Part shown: positions 17,965 through 27,539 of the stretch, piece after piece
How positions within the stretch are numbered: the stretch's first letter is position 1
Layout: each line of letters opens with the position of its first letter
Origin: Candidatus Levyibacteriota bacterium
GTDB taxonomy: Bacteria; Patescibacteriota; Microgenomatia; Levybacterales; UBA12049
Assembly: GCA_049519175.1 (NCBI GenBank)
Contig: JBEKQZ010000001.1
Coordinates: forward strand, 463,679 to 527,678
Reading direction: 5' to 3'
Length of the DNA: 64,000 nt
Program-made: the position numbers and the translations under genes
Notes under the pieces: generated by a model
Told to the model about the DNA's origin: nothing
The model's input: the letters and a program-made list of their open reading frames with translations, nothing else
The model's database searches: none

Positions 17965-20388
17965 CTATGGCGTTGTTGGCGTTGGAGTCGGAATCGGTGT
18001 GTCGGTTGGCATCGGTGTTGGCGTATCGGTTGGATTATTATTGTTGGAATTCTCCTGATAATCGGAGGTTTCGGTCGGTGGATAATATTCCGGATGATCG
18101 GCGGCATAAGTTTGCTTTATCCAAGCGTCAATTCCGTCCTGCCATCTATTTTTCCCGTCGGTGGAAATTGGGTCATTTTCTTTAAACACAATATAATCTT
18201 TGGTGTCGTAATCTCCGGCGGCAATTTCCGAAGCATCGGCCAGTTTCCCCTGTTCGTGTCTGGATAATTTTAAAGTTTGGTAAATTGCCGATTGTCCCGT
18301 CGGCTCGGTTCCTTTAATAAAGTACTCGCTTCTGGTCGGCTGTCCGGCTTTTGGCAAACCTCCGCCCAAAGCATCGATTTGCATCGCGATGACATCGTCG
18401 GGTTTTTGCGGCGGCTCATCTTTTTTGCCTTTTAATTTTAGGACATAACTCATAATTTTATTCCAAATTGGCGCCGCGCCGGTAATTCCTGACGCGACTT
18501 TACTCATTGGCGTATTATCATTATTGCCAACCCAAACACCAACCGCGTAGGAAGGAGTGTAACCGACTGTCCAGTTGTCACGGATATCGTTAGTCGTACC
18601 GGTCTTGACGGAAACGCTGGGATATCCGGGGACAACTAGTTGGGAGTATGCACCAAACTCCATTGTCCGAGCGGTATTATCGAGAAGAATATGCGAAATC
18701 AGGAAACTGACTTCCGGCGAAAAAATCCGTTGTGGACTGGGAGGATTATATTTGTATAAAACGTTTCCTTTGGCATCGTCGACTTCCAGAATTGAAACCA
18801 AAGGCATCTTTTCGCCGCCGTTGGCAAACACTCCGTAAGCTTCCATTTCATCGATCAACCGAACATCTCTTCCTCCCAAAACCAGCGAATAACCAACATC
18901 CGCCAAATTGGCGTCGGTTGGTTGCCAATTATCAATTCCCATGTCGTAGGCGTTTTGCATGACATCTTTTATTCCAACCATTGCCAACATTTTTACCGCC
19001 GGGACATTAATAGAATTTGCCAAAGCAAATCTTACTTGAATCGGACCCCGATATTTTCCGTCATAATTAACCGGGATATAATCTTTATCACTATCTGTGG
19101 CTTTAAAATTAGTCTGCGTATCCATCAAAAGTGTTGCCGCCGTATAACCTTTAGAAAAAGCGGTAGCGTAAGTAATTGGTTTAAGTGAAGAACCCGGCTG
19201 TCGATATGCAATCGCGGCGTTAAAATTGCCGTCGTTTTTGGTATCAAAATAATCTTCGGATCCAACCATGGCTAAAATCTCGCCGGTTTTGGGAATTGTC
19301 ACCATCGCCGCGCCGTTTCCGACATCAAGACTTTTATCATTGGCAATTTCGGATTTCACAATCTGTTCGGCTTTACTTTCAATATTGTAATCCAGGGTTG
19401 TCTTTACTCTTAAACCGCCACTTTCCACCACCTGCTCACCAAACTGGTTAATCAACTGTTGCTTAACGTAAAAAACAAAATGCGGCGCTTTAATCCCCAA
19501 ACTATTTTGTGCAAACTCTGTATTGGTAATTTCTTTTAAAGCGTTGTCCGCCTGATTTTGCGTAATATAACCATCCCTAACCATTGACGCTAAAACTACA
19601 CCAGTTCTTTGGATATAATATTTGTCGCCGGTAAACGGCGAATAAACACTGGGGCTTTGCGGCAGGCCGGCCAAGAATGCGCACTGTGCCAAATCCAAAT
19701 TCTGAACATCTTTGCTAAAATATAATTGTGCCGCCGCTTGCACCCCAACCGCCGAACCGCCATAACCAACGTCGTTTAGATACATCTCCAAAATTTGGTC
19801 TTTACTATATTTCCGGTCAACTTGAATTGAAAGCATCAGCTCTTTTATTTTCCGGGGCAAAGTTTGCTCGGGTGAAAGCAGGACATTTTTAACCAGTTGT
19901 TGCGTCAACGTTGAGCCGCCGGAAAGTCCCCGCAAAAGCACGATGTTTAAAGCCGCTCTTAAATAACCGGTAATAGAAAAGCCCTGGTTTGAATAAAAAT
20001 TCCGGTCTTCAACCGAAATGGTTCCCTGCTGCAGATATTTTGGAATATTAGCTAAATTAACGTAAATCCGGTTCTGGTTTTGGTAAACGGAGTAGAGGAG
20101 AACGCCGTTGCGGTCATAAATTCCACTTGACTGGTTGGTTTGGGCGGCAATTAATTTTCCCGGAGTCGGCAAATCCCGGCCATACCAAATAAATAAAGCA
20201 AACATCACAATGATTAAGCCAATCAGTCCAAAAAAAGCATATTTTACCAGCCGGCTAATAATCACAATCCGAGGGGTGTTTTGTAAACCTAATCTGCGGT
20301 TGAAATTCCTCCCAAAACTTGGAAGACCAGGAAGATTAAGAGTGAAATACCTACTTCTGCGGCGAAGTCTGCGACTGTAGTCCAGCAT
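17965..20388 (-). CDS. class A penicillin-binding protein (PBP1A-type transglycosylase/transpeptidase) with a Pro/Thr-rich C-terminal tail
   Basis: N-terminal TM, the GT51 motif GGSTLTQQLVKN, a transpeptidase domain with a Ser-x-x-Lys region, and the tail PTDTPTPMPTDTPIPTPTPTTP. Confidence 0.85.
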   Translation of the reverse strand: MLDYSRRLRRRSRYFTLNLPGLPSFGRNFNRRLGLQNTPRIVIISRLVKYAFFGLIGLIIVMFALFIWYGRDLPTPGKLIAAQTNQSSGIYDRNGVLLYSVYQNQNRIYVNLANIPKYLQQGTISVEDRNFYSNQGFSITGYLRAALNIVLLRGLSGGSTLTQQLVKNVLLSPEQTLPRKIKELMLSIQVDRKYSKDQILEMYLNDVGYGGSAVGVQAAAQLYFSKDVQNLDLAQCAFLAGLPQSPSVYSPFTGDKYYIQRTGVVLASMVRDGYITQNQADNALKEITNTEFAQNSLGIKAPHFVFYVKQQLINQFGEQVVESGGLRVKTTLDYNIESKAEQIVKSEIANDKSLDVGNGAAMVTIPKTGEILAMVGSEDYFDTKNDGNFNAAIAYRQPGSSLKPITYATAFSKGYTAATLLMDTQTNFKATDSDKDYIPVNYDGKYRGPIQVRFALANSINVPAVKMLAMVGIKDVMQNAYDMGIDNWQPTDANLADVGYSLVLGGRDVRLIDEMEAYGVFANGGEKMPLVSILEVDDAKGNVLYKYNPPSPQRIFSPEVSFLISHILLDNTARTMEFGAYSQLVVPGYPSVSVKTGTTNDIRDNWTVGYTPSYAVGVWVGNNDNTPMSKVASGITGAAPIWNKIMSYVLKLKGKKDEPPQKPDDVIAMQIDALGGGLPKAGQPTRSEYFIKGTEPTGQSAIYQTLKLSRHEQGKLADASEIAAGDYDTKDYIVFKENDPISTDGKNRWQDGIDAWIKQTYAADHPEYYPPTETSDYQENSNNNNPTDTPTPMPTDTPIPTPTPTTP

Positions 20389-20446
20389 AACACATTAGAG
20401 TATAACACAAATTTACGCCTGGTTAAAAGTATGTTATACTCAATTT

Positions 20447-21625
20447 ATGACTGACATCGACGAACTTTTAACCCGCGGGGTTGCCAATATTATTCCTGGT
20501 ATTGATGAGTTAAAAAGACTGCTCAAATCGAGCCAAAAATTAAATATTTATTTTGGCATTGATCCGACCGCAACACATATTCATTTAGGTCACGCTGTAC
20601 CACTTAGAAAACTACAGCAGCTTGCGGATTTAGGACACAATGTGACTTTTTTAATCGGCGACTTTACCGCCTTAATCGGCGACACTTCGGATAAAGATTC
20701 CGAGCGGCCTGTTCTAACTAAAGAACAAATTGAACAAAATTTTCAGACTTACAAGAAACAGGCGGAAAAAATTCTTGACTTTAGCAAAGTTAATATTCGC
20801 TACAACAGCGAGTGGCTAAGTAAGATAAATCTTGAAGAATTTATAAAACTTAGTCATCATTTTTCCTTTGGCGATATTGCTGGCAGGGAATTAATTGCTA
20901 AAAGATTAAAAGACGGAAGACACGTCGGCCTCCACGAGGCCCTTTACCCCGTATTGCAAGGTTATGACAGTTATTTTCTGGATACCGATATCCAAATCGG
21001 TGGCACAGACCAAACTTTTAATATGCAAGCGGGGAGAATTTTACAAAAAGATTTAAGAAGCAAACAATCTTTTGTCTTGGCCAATCCATTTTTGGAAGGA
21101 ACCGACGGCCGGAAAATGAGCAAGACTTGGGGCAACGCGATCTGGCTTGATGACGCACCAAATGATATGTATGTCAAAGCAATGGCAATTAACGATAACT
21201 TAATCGTGGAGTATTTTACCTTAGCAACCGGTCTTTCAATAGAAAACATTAAAAAAATTGAAAGCGAATTAAAGAAAGGTGAAAATCCAATTAATATCAA
21301 AAAGAAATTGGCCCACCAAATCGTCAAAGAGCTATACGACGAAAAATCCGCCGACGAAGCCCAGGAAAATTTCCAGAGAACAGTCCAAAATAAAGAACTT
21401 CCGAACGATATAAAAGTTTATTCAAATTCAGATGAAACGAATATACTTCAAATTATGTATCTTTCTGGATTAACTAATAGTATCTCTGAAGGAAAAAGAC
21501 TGATGCAACAAAAAGGAGTTTACGTTGATAATGCTTTAGTCGAATCTCCTGATTATGAGTTTGATATAACTTCTGAACATATTATTAAAGTAGGTAAACA
21601 AATCAGAAAAATAAAAAAAGCATAA
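20447..21625 (+). CDS. tyrS: tyrosyl-tRNA synthetase
   Basis: HIGH-type motif (IHLGHAVPL), LIGDFTALIGDTSDK, KMSKT, and a C-terminal S4-like domain. TATACT lies 6 nt before the ATG. Confidence 0.85.
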   Translation: MTDIDELLTRGVANIIPGIDELKRLLKSSQKLNIYFGIDPTATHIHLGHAVPLRKLQQLADLGHNVTFLIGDFTALIGDTSDKDSERPVLTKEQIEQNFQTYKKQAEKILDFSKVNIRYNSEWLSKINLEEFIKLSHHFSFGDIAGRELIAKRLKDGRHVGLHEALYPVLQGYDSYFLDTDIQIGGTDQTFNMQAGRILQKDLRSKQSFVLANPFLEGTDGRKMSKTWGNAIWLDDAPNDMYVKAMAINDNLIVEYFTLATGLSIENIKKIESELKKGENPINIKKKLAHQIVKELYDEKSADEAQENFQRTVQNKELPNDIKVYSNSDETNILQIMYLSGLTNSISEGKRLMQQKGVYVDNALVESPDYEFDITSEHIIKVGKQIRKIKKA

Positions 21626-21628
21626 TTT

Positions 21629-21733
21629 ATGGAAATGTTTCGGAGACATCAGTGGATTTGGAAAGTCATCGTCGCCGTTGCCTCCGTGGCTTTAATCGCG
21701 GCATCCGTTCTGCCATTATTAAGTCTTCATTAA
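21629..21733 (+). CDS. 34-aa hydrophobic micro-ORF (MEMFRRHQWIWKVIVAVASVALIAASVLPLLSLH)
   Basis: Found by hand translation between tyrS and recG. It has a single predicted TM and is below the ORF-track size cutoff. Confidence 0.2.
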   Translation: MEMFRRHQWIWKVIVAVASVALIAASVLPLLSLH

Positions 21734-21736
21734 GCT

Positions 21737-23743
21737 ATGGATTTACAAACACCGGTTAGTGAAGTTTCAAGAACCTACAAAATGTTTCGCGGACGTTTGG
21801 AGAAATTAGGAATCGTGACATTAAAAGATTTTTTATTTCACGTCCCATTCCGCTACGACGATTATTCTTTAGTTTCCGATATTGCGCAAGTTCAAGCCGG
21901 CGAAACCGTCACGGTTAAAGGCACTGTTGAAGAAATTGATAATCATTACACTCGCAAATGGAAAACGCTGCAAAGAGCCACCGTTAAAGACAGCACCGGC
22001 AACATTGATATTTTGTGGTTTAACCAACCATTTTTAACTAAAGCCATTCATAAGGGCGATTTAATTTCTCTTTCCGGCAAAGTCGAGTTAGATAAACATA
22101 AATTAATCATGATTGCACCGGACTACGAAATTGTTTTCAATAACCAAACTATTCACACCGGACGATTAGTGCCGGTTTATCCGGAAACCCGTGGTATTTC
22201 TTCAAAATGGCTGCGCCGCCAGATTTATAAATTGCTGGAGGAGAGAAATCAGCTTAAAGATTTCTTGCCGGAAAATATTATCAAAGAAAATAATTTAATG
22301 AGTCTGGGCGACGCGATTGAAAAAATTCATTTTCCAAGCAGTTTGCGAGAAGCAGAAATTGCCCGCGGAAGATTAGCGTTTGACGAACTATTTGAACTGC
22401 AATTGTCGGCGCTGGTCAGAAAAAAAGCTTGGGAGAAAAACGCTATCAAAAATCCGTGGAATAGTTTTCAAGCAAAAGCCGACGAACTGATTAAGACACT
22501 TCCATTTGAATTAACCAACGCTCAAAAAAAAGCCGTTAATGAAATTCTGAAGGATATCTCTGCCACAAAACCAATGAATCGTCTTTTGGAAGGAGAGGTC
22601 GGCAGCGGCAAGACAGTCGTCGGAGCAATTACGATGTATGTCGCGTTTCTAAACGGCTTTCAATCTGCCTTTATGGCTCCGACGGAAATTCTTGCCCAAC
22701 AACATTATCAAACCATCAAAAATCTTTTGGAACCATTAGGAGTTAAAGTTGAATTGTTTACTTCCGGAACAAAAAATCAGCAATCGTTTGACATTGCTAT
22801 TGGGACCCATGCTTTAGTTTATAAAAAAGTTAAATTTTCCAAACTTGGTTTGGTAATTATCGACGAACAACAACGTTTTGGGGTAGAGCAAAGAACTATC
22901 ATTAAAGAAAAAGGAGAGAATGTACATCTGCTAACTATGACAGCAACGCCAATTCCCAGAACCGTGGCTTTAACGATGTATGGTGATTTGGATTTATCAT
23001 TACTCGATGAAATGCCGGTCGGTAGAAAATTGGTTAAGACCTGGCTAGTCCCGCCAGAAAAAAGAAATGGCGCTTACGCGTGGATTGAAAAACAAATTAT
23101 CGGAAACAAAGACCAGGCATTTATAGTTTGTCCCTTTATCGAAGAGTCGGAAACAATGTTAACGGTAAAAGCGGCGACTAAAGAATTTGACCGACTGCAA
23201 AAAGAAGTATTTCCTAATTTACACTTAGGGCTTTTGCATGGAAAAATGAAAGCAGCGGAAAAAGAAAATATTTTGAAATCCTTCCGTGATAAAAAGATAG
23301 ATATCTTAGTTTCTACGCCGGTGGTTGAAGTCGGAATTGATATCCCCAACGCCACCATTATGCTAATTGAGGAAGCCGACCGGTTTGGACTGGCACAACT
23401 ACATCAACTGCGGGGTAGAGTTGGCAGGGGCGACAAACAATCATATTGCCTATTGTTTACGTCAAGCAAAAACGAAACGACCATTGAAAGATTAAAAGCG
23501 CTGGAAACAATTTATTCGGGAGCGGAGTTGGCGGAACTGGATTTAAAGTTACGTGGACCTGGACAAATTTACGGAACATCACAGCACGGCAGGCAAGTGC
23601 TAAAAGTCGCCAGCTTTTCCGACTTCGCTTTAATTGACAAAACGAAAAGGGAAGCGGAAAAAATCTTTCCAGAAATTGAAAAGTATCCAGAGCTTCTGGA
23701 GAAAACAAAACAGATTAATTTATCCCACGTCTCTCCGGACTAA
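21737..23743 (+). CDS. recG: ATP-dependent DNA helicase RecG
   Basis: Wedge domain, Walker A GEVGSGKT, DEQQRFGV, and helicase C motifs. Confidence 0.9.
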   Translation: MDLQTPVSEVSRTYKMFRGRLEKLGIVTLKDFLFHVPFRYDDYSLVSDIAQVQAGETVTVKGTVEEIDNHYTRKWKTLQRATVKDSTGNIDILWFNQPFLTKAIHKGDLISLSGKVELDKHKLIMIAPDYEIVFNNQTIHTGRLVPVYPETRGISSKWLRRQIYKLLEERNQLKDFLPENIIKENNLMSLGDAIEKIHFPSSLREAEIARGRLAFDELFELQLSALVRKKAWEKNAIKNPWNSFQAKADELIKTLPFELTNAQKKAVNEILKDISATKPMNRLLEGEVGSGKTVVGAITMYVAFLNGFQSAFMAPTEILAQQHYQTIKNLLEPLGVKVELFTSGTKNQQSFDIAIGTHALVYKKVKFSKLGLVIIDEQQRFGVEQRTIIKEKGENVHLLTMTATPIPRTVALTMYGDLDLSLLDEMPVGRKLVKTWLVPPEKRNGAYAWIEKQIIGNKDQAFIVCPFIEESETMLTVKAATKEFDRLQKEVFPNLHLGLLHGKMKAAEKENILKSFRDKKIDILVSTPVVEVGIDIPNATIMLIEEADRFGLAQLHQLRGRVGRGDKQSYCLLFTSSKNETTIERLKALETIYSGAELAELDLKLRGPGQIYGTSQHGRQVLKVASFSDFALIDKTKREAEKIFPEIEKYPELLEKTKQINLSHVSPD

Positions 23744-23784
23744 TAGTCATTGCAACCGAAGCTCAAATAAAGTAAAATACGCAT

Positions 23785-24003
23785 ATGCCACAAGAACCAA
23801 AGAAAAGACATTCCAGACAAAGACAAGGCAAACGAAGAGCAGCGATTAAGTTAGCGGTTACCAAAACGGTAATTTGTCCGAATTGCCAGGCGCCAATTTT
23901 AGCGCATCAAATTTGCCGGCACTGCGGCTACTACAAGGGCAAAATGGTCTTAAAAATGAAAGCTAAGAAAACAGCCGAAGAAAAAGAAGCACAAACAAAA
24001 TAA
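23785..24003 (+). CDS. rpmF: ribosomal protein bL32 (zinc-ribbon type)
   Basis: A basic N-terminus followed by CPNC...CRHCGYYKG, the Cys4 ribbon typical of bL32. Confidence 0.75.
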   Translation: MPQEPKKRHSRQRQGKRRAAIKLAVTKTVICPNCQAPILAHQICRHCGYYKGKMVLKMKAKKTAEEKEAQTK

Positions 24004-24368
24004 TGAAAAATCCTCTCGACCCACGCCACAAAAAACGCCAAAAAGCAGTCGAAGACCTTTTCAAAATAGACTTTCACCGCCAAACAATCGGGGATTATGG
24101 CAAGAAAATTTTTGCCAACAGGCAATTTCTGGATGAACAAATTACCAAAGCCGCTCCCGAATATCCAATCGCTAAAATTAACCGCACCGATTTGGCGATT
24201 TTAAGATTAGCGGTTTACGAATTACTACTTGAAAAGAAAGAGCCTCAGAAGGTTATAATAGATGAGGCGGTAGAGCTGGCCAAAGAATATGGGGGAGAAA
24301 CCAGCCCGGCGTTTATTAATGGCGCTTTGGGCAAATTAATTAAAAATGATGCAACTTCCAAAGTTTAA
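24003..24368 (+). CDS. nusB: transcription antitermination factor NusB
   Basis: LAILRLAVYELL...IIDEAVELAKEYGGETSPAFINGALG matches the NusB fold signature. Confidence 0.75.
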   Translation: MKNPLDPRHKKRQKAVEDLFKIDFHRQTIGDYGKKIFANRQFLDEQITKAAPEYPIAKINRTDLAILRLAVYELLLEKKEPQKVIIDEAVELAKEYGGETSPAFINGALGKLIKNDATSKV

Positions 24369-25041
24369 CAATCAAAAATTATTTGAACAGGCTTTTACTC
24401 ACCGCAGCTTCCTAAATGAAACGAAAGAAAAACTCTCTTCCAACGAACGCTTGGAATTTTTGGGAGACAGCATTATTTCTTTTGTTGTTTCGCAGAATCT
24501 GTTTCTAAAATTTCCCCAGTTTAACGAAGGCATTTTAACTAACATCCGCTCTTTAATGGTCAATACCAAAAGTTTGGCCCTAATTGCCAAAGAATTAGAA
24601 TTTGGCAATTATCTAAGACTTTCCAAAGGCGAAGAGGAGTCAAAAGGCAGATTAAACCAAAGTCTTTTGGCCGATTGTTTCGAAGCCTTTGTCGGCGCGT
24701 TGTTTATCGACCAGGGAATTGAGGTTGTTTCACAATTTTTGAGCAGCGCACTATTGCCAAAAGCCGACGAAATCGTCAAAGGCACTTCTTTTAAAGACCC
24801 GAAAAGTCTTTTACAGGAATTGGTTCAGTCCAGAAGATTGAACTCGCCGGTTTACAAAGTGTTGGGCGAAACCGGACCGGCACACGCCAAACGGTTTCGA
24901 ATTGGTACTTTTGTTGACGGAAATTTAGTCAGCGAAGGCGAAGGTAAATCGAAAAAAGATGCCGAAGAAGATGCCGCTTTCAAAGCCCTCGAGTTTTATA
25001 AAGGACTGACAAAAGCCGGAGTTGAGAAGAAATCGAAATAA
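24346..25041 (+). CDS. rnc: ribonuclease III
   Basis: The ERLEFLGDS catalytic signature and a C-terminal dsRBD. Confidence 0.9.
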   Translation: MMQLPKFNNQKLFEQAFTHRSFLNETKEKLSSNERLEFLGDSIISFVVSQNLFLKFPQFNEGILTNIRSLMVNTKSLALIAKELEFGNYLRLSKGEEESKGRLNQSLLADCFEAFVGALFIDQGIEVVSQFLSSALLPKADEIVKGTSFKDPKSLLQELVQSRRLNSPVYKVLGETGPAHAKRFRIGTFVDGNLVSEGEGKSKKDAEEDAAFKALEFYKGLTKAGVEKKSK

Positions 25042-25057
25042 TGGTAAAATACTTCCT

Positions 25058-25279
25058 ATGTCATTAGTTATTCGGTCTACAAGAGTGGGCAAAAGAGGCG
25101 AAAGGAAATTCCGCATTGTTGTTAAAGAAAAAAGGTCCCGAAGAGATGGTGATTCAATCGAAGTTTTAGGCTGGTATGAAAAAGGCAAAAACGGCGGCAA
25201 ACAGATAAATAAAAACAGATACGATTATTGGGTCAAACAGGGCGCGAAGCCTTCGCCGGCCATCGAAAAGCTAATCTAA
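25058..25279 (+). CDS. rpsP: ribosomal protein bS16
   Basis: MSLVIRSTRVGKRGERKFRIVV...YWVKQGAKPS. The ORF-track TTG start at 25022 overlaps rnc; the ATG at 25058 is preferred. Confidence 0.85.
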   Translation: MSLVIRSTRVGKRGERKFRIVVKEKRSRRDGDSIEVLGWYEKGKNGGKQINKNRYDYWVKQGAKPSPAIEKLI

Positions 25280-25282
25280 TTT

Positions 25283-25540
25283 ATGAAAGACACACTATTA
25301 AGCATTGTGACCGCAATTGTTGATAATCCTGATAGAATTGACATTAAGGAAGAAGAGGTTGAAGGCGTCACTAATTTTATTATTACCGTCGCACCGGAAG
25401 ATATGGGCAAAATCATCGGCAAAGGCGGAAAAGTGATTCGGGCGATTCGTAGCGTAATGAAAATCCCTGCCATTAAAAACAACCAACGGATTTATATTTC
25501 TTTGGCTGAAGTGCCGCAAACCGAGGCGCCGCAACCATAA
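25283..25540 (+). CDS. KH-domain RNA-binding protein (KhpA/YlqC-like)
   Basis: GKIIGKGGKVIRAIRSV is the GxxG KH motif. It occupies the position usually held by rimM. Confidence 0.7.
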   Translation: MKDTLLSIVTAIVDNPDRIDIKEEEVEGVTNFIITVAPEDMGKIIGKGGKVIRAIRSVMKIPAIKNNQRIYISLAEVPQTEAPQP

Positions 25541-25577
25541 ATTAGTAAAGTTTCTACCAAACTCCTATAATAAACTT

Positions 25578-26258
25578 ATGCAAATAACCATCATTACTTT
25601 GTTTCCCGAAATGTTTCAGGGACCGTTTGACAGCTCGATTATCAAAAGGGCGATTGATAAGCAGTTGATTAAAATTAATTTTATCAATTTGCGTGATTTT
25701 GGTTTAGGGGCACATAAAACAGTTGACGATACTCCTTACGGTGGGGGGAAAGGGATGATTTTAAGGGTTGATGTCTTACAAAAAGCAATTGAAGCCGCCA
25801 AAAATAAAAACTTAGATAAAAAAGAACAGCAAGTAATTCTTCTAAGTGCTCACGGCAGACTGTTTGGGCAAAAAATTGCCAGGGACTTTTTGAAACTAAA
25901 AAATTTAATCTTAATTTGTGGACATTACGAAGGTTTTGACGAAAGAGTCAAGCAATTTATCGACAGAGAAATTTCGGTGGGGGATTTCATTCTAACCGGC
26001 GGAGAAATTCCGGCCATGTTAATTACGGATGCGGTTTCCAGACTGGTCAGCGGTGTTATTAAAGATGACTCGGCAGCTTTTGAGTCTTTTTCGCCATTTC
26101 TTGAATATCCACAATATACCAAACCACAAACTTTTAATAATTTAAAAGTGCCCAAGATTCTGCTTTCGGGGAATCACGCCAAGATAAACGACTGGCGTGA
26201 AAAAGAAAGCCTCAAAATCACTGCGAAATTAAGACCCGACCTCATCAGAAACCATTAA
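25578..26258 (+). CDS. trmD: tRNA (guanine37-N1)-methyltransferase
   Basis: The SPOUT knot motifs TPYGGGKGMILRVD and ICGHYEGFDERV. Confidence 0.9.
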   Translation: MQITIITLFPEMFQGPFDSSIIKRAIDKQLIKINFINLRDFGLGAHKTVDDTPYGGGKGMILRVDVLQKAIEAAKNKNLDKKEQQVILLSAHGRLFGQKIARDFLKLKNLILICGHYEGFDERVKQFIDREISVGDFILTGGEIPAMLITDAVSRLVSGVIKDDSAAFESFSPFLEYPQYTKPQTFNNLKVPKILLSGNHAKINDWREKESLKITAKLRPDLIRNH

Positions 26259-27001
26259 AATGGGGAACCGGAAACTGCGGCCGAAGCAGTCGCCGGAGCA
26301 GTTGGCAAAACCGGTAAGCTTGTTTGCCCAACAGAGTTCCAAGAAGAAAGCTCTTCAATTAAAGATAGCTGTTTTGCGGATAAAGGAACTATCGGCGCTT
26401 GGTCACTGACGTTTTGCACCGGGTAAGGTTTGTAGTAAAAAAGGACAGTTAAAGCACCGCTATCTCCTGAGATATTAAGCGCAGTCACTTCGGCGATAGG
26501 CATCGTTTTAGTCAGCTCATGAGCAAACTCGACAATACTTTTGGGATCTCCTTTTAGGCTAATATCTATTTTCGTTGAGGGGTAAGCTGTTCCGCCAAAA
26601 TTCGAGGCAGATAAATCGCCTAAGGAAAATTCAAAATTGCCAACCGACACCCCTGTTTTAGCGGAAACATAAGAAATTGCATCAATAATGCCAGCAAAAT
26701 CTTTTTCCGGAGGCAGAGCAGCCGAAAGCGTGTCTAAATTAGACGCAATCTTCGCGTCGTCCAAAGAAGTCAGTAAATTATAGTTACTATTTAGAGCGTC
26801 TAGTTTTTGCTGTTCCGCTTTTACCAAATCCTGAGAATTAAAATACTGTTGAATCTGCGGAAAAACAACATAAATAATCACTAGGATACTGACCAGGATA
26901 ACGCCAAGCGGAAGCAAAAAATCTTTATAATGTTTATACAGCACCATTAGGTTTTCGAAATCAATATTTATTTTTTTTGGGCCGTTAAGATTATTGTTCA
27001 T
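26255..27001 (-). CDS. type IV pilus assembly protein PilO-like
   Basis: One TM, a coiled coil and a periplasmic domain. It is the last gene of the pilM-pilN-pilO order. Confidence 0.5.
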   Translation of the reverse strand: MNNNLNGPKKINIDFENLMVLYKHYKDFLLPLGVILVSILVIIYVVFPQIQQYFNSQDLVKAEQQKLDALNSNYNLLTSLDDAKIASNLDTLSAALPPEKDFAGIIDAISYVSAKTGVSVGNFEFSLGDLSASNFGGTAYPSTKIDISLKGDPKSIVEFAHELTKTMPIAEVTALNISGDSGALTVLFYYKPYPVQNVSDQAPIVPLSAKQLSLIEELSSWNSVGQTSLPVLPTAPATASAAVSGSPF

Positions 27002-27002
27002 A

Positions 27003-27539
27003 CTATTTAATATCTGCCTGTATGGAAACTGAATACCGGTCGCTTTTTACGTCCAACGATAGTTGCTGCATCACAATGTTATTGATAATATTTTTTTGTT
27101 CTTGAAGCATTATTACATCATCGATGAGTTTATTCATTGAAAGTAAAGATGCTCCGGAAACAATCAGAGACACTTTTGTAGCATCAATCTGCATTGAGCT
27201 AATATCTAAATCTTGAGGAACAACCGCCAGTAAGTCATCGGCAATATCGGGGATATTTTTTCTCTGCGCAATAATATTTGTTAGATGGTTTGCTCTGTCT
27301 TCAACTAAGTAATATTGCGTTAACTTTTTATGCAGGACCGAAATATTTGTTAAGGTGGTTTGTTCATTCTGCTTTATTGAATTAATTGGCAAAGTTAAAT
27401 TAACAACGAAGACCAAAATGGCAATAGCTACGACAAATGCCATGATTACAAACGCTAATAACCTTGCCACTCTTAACCTATTTTGTTCTTTTTCTAATTG
27501 TTCGTTTTTGGGAGAAACCAGATTAATACTGTCATTCAT
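27003..27539 (-). CDS. type IV pilus assembly protein PilN-like
   Basis: A short cytoplasmic N-terminus, one TM and a coiled coil, immediately after pilM. Confidence 0.55.
   Translation of the reverse strand: MNDSINLVSPKNEQLEKEQNRLRVARLLAFVIMAFVVAIAILVFVVNLTLPINSIKQNEQTTLTNISVLHKKLTQYYLVEDRANHLTNIIAQRKNIPDIADDLLAVVPQDLDISSMQIDATKVSLIVSGASLLSMNKLIDDVIMLQEQKNIINNIVMQQLSLDVKSDRYSVSIQADIK

Noticed and set aside
18575-19188. Three overlapping + strand ORFs of 76-88 aa inside the PBP gene, and similar antisense ORFs inside hppA (49337..51114), gyrA, recG, pilB and thrS/infC
   Set aside because: They are entirely antisense to long, well-supported genes, have odd composition and no signals. They are typical shadow ORFs.
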